A stretch of DNA of 23,122 nucleotides from Bugula neritina (taxonomy: Eukaryota > Animalia > Bryozoa): positions 1 through 23,122 of the forward strand of contig CAXIUT010000310.1 in assembly GCA_964035545.1 (NCBI GenBank), in the 5' to 3' direction. This document shows positions 22,297 to 23,122 of the stretch, one piece after another. The notes below the pieces were generated by a model. The model saw only the letters and a program-made list of their open reading frames with translations. It was not told where the DNA came from and searched no databases. Every line of letters starts with the position of its first letter. Position 1 is the stretch's first letter. The position numbers and the translations under genes are program-made.

Positions 22297-22995
22297 TCAT
22301 TTCTTTATAGAAGTACGAGTATATTTCTTTTTGGGAGAAGAACTATCTCTTTTCTTTTTCTATTGTTTGTTATATTTATCTTCAAGTAGAGATCCTTAGG
22401 TTGATATTGTTATCTTTGAACTTTCTTAGACCAGCTATTCATCGCCTGCTTTCTCTCTATCCTTTGATTGCTTTGAAAAACTATTTATTTTACTATCTTC
22501 TGGATTTTTTTAATCCCTCTCTTCAATATCAATTGGCATAGTTGTTTCTTTTATAGTCTAATTTTTGAAGTTATGATATTTATTCTTTTATGTATTGAAT
22601 GATATTCTTTTTAGTTTGTTTTTATTTCTATTTTTATTGTAAGTTTCATTGACTTGTATATTTTTGACTGTATTATTGATAGTTGTTTCCATCAATTCTT
22701 TATCTTTCTATGAAAAACCTTTGATGAACTCTTGGTGACTATATTGATACTTACGATTAACTCTTTCTTAGAGAGATAGTTTGCGACGATATTGCAGAAA
22801 GGTAAGCTGCAAAATCTTTAGGACTACTAAAAGGTAAATCATAAATTTAATAAACAAAAGAACTTGGTTACCCAAATCGAGGATTATTGTATTCCAACAG
22901 TATTCTGAAGAGTGGTGATTTATAGTATGAGTTACCATTATGGTAAATAATATAATTAATTTAAACTATTAAAACTATCTAAACTACTTCTTCAT
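22297..22995 (-). CDS. Hypothetical membrane-anchored protein, 232 aa
   Basis: 699-nt frame with no internal TGA: MKKEFREFEEFKLIILF...VLLFIKFMIYLLVVLKILQLTFL...K/E/N-rich tail...TSIKK-TGA. Confidence 0.6.
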
Positions 22996-23023
22996 TAAAT
23001 ATAAACTAAATAAAATATTCTAA

Positions 23024-23122
23024 GGGGTGGGGTTGGGGTTGGGGTTGGGGTTGGGGTTGGGGTTGGGGTTGGGGTTGGGGTTGGGGTTGGGGTTTGGGGT
23101 TGGGGTTGGGGTTGGGGTTGGG
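23024..23122 (+). repeat. Terminal telomere (GGGGTT)n
   Basis: About 16 units to the end of the window, ending TTGGG; one G4T and one G4T3 variant. Confidence 0.98.

Overview
Eukaryotic, AT-rich and gene-dense DNA from a ciliate macronucleus, bounded by (CCCCAA)n and (TTGGGG)n telomeres. The supplied ORF track uses the wrong genetic code. Conserved motifs show TAA = Glu, TAG most likely = Glu, and TGA as the only stop, matching the peritrich nuclear code (NCBI table 30). Introns are tiny (19-22 nt, mostly exactly 20 nt). Re-translated by hand, the window holds about 18 genes: an LRR-histone H2A fusion (H2A.Y-like), polo-like kinase, CHMP1/Did2, an ankyrin protein, an ARMC9-like protein, a MORN-repeat protein, a GH18 chitinase, a DHHC palmitoyltransferase, a repeat/pseudokinase/TLDc protein and several hypotheticals. 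Three telomere tracts are internal (378-393, 5943-6011, 21845-21925). They split the window into one two-telomere 5.6-kb unit plus three one-telomere pieces joined onto it, which could be end-fusion in vivo or a library/assembly chimera. Six apparent +1 frameshifts cluster at 18.3-21.3 kb.
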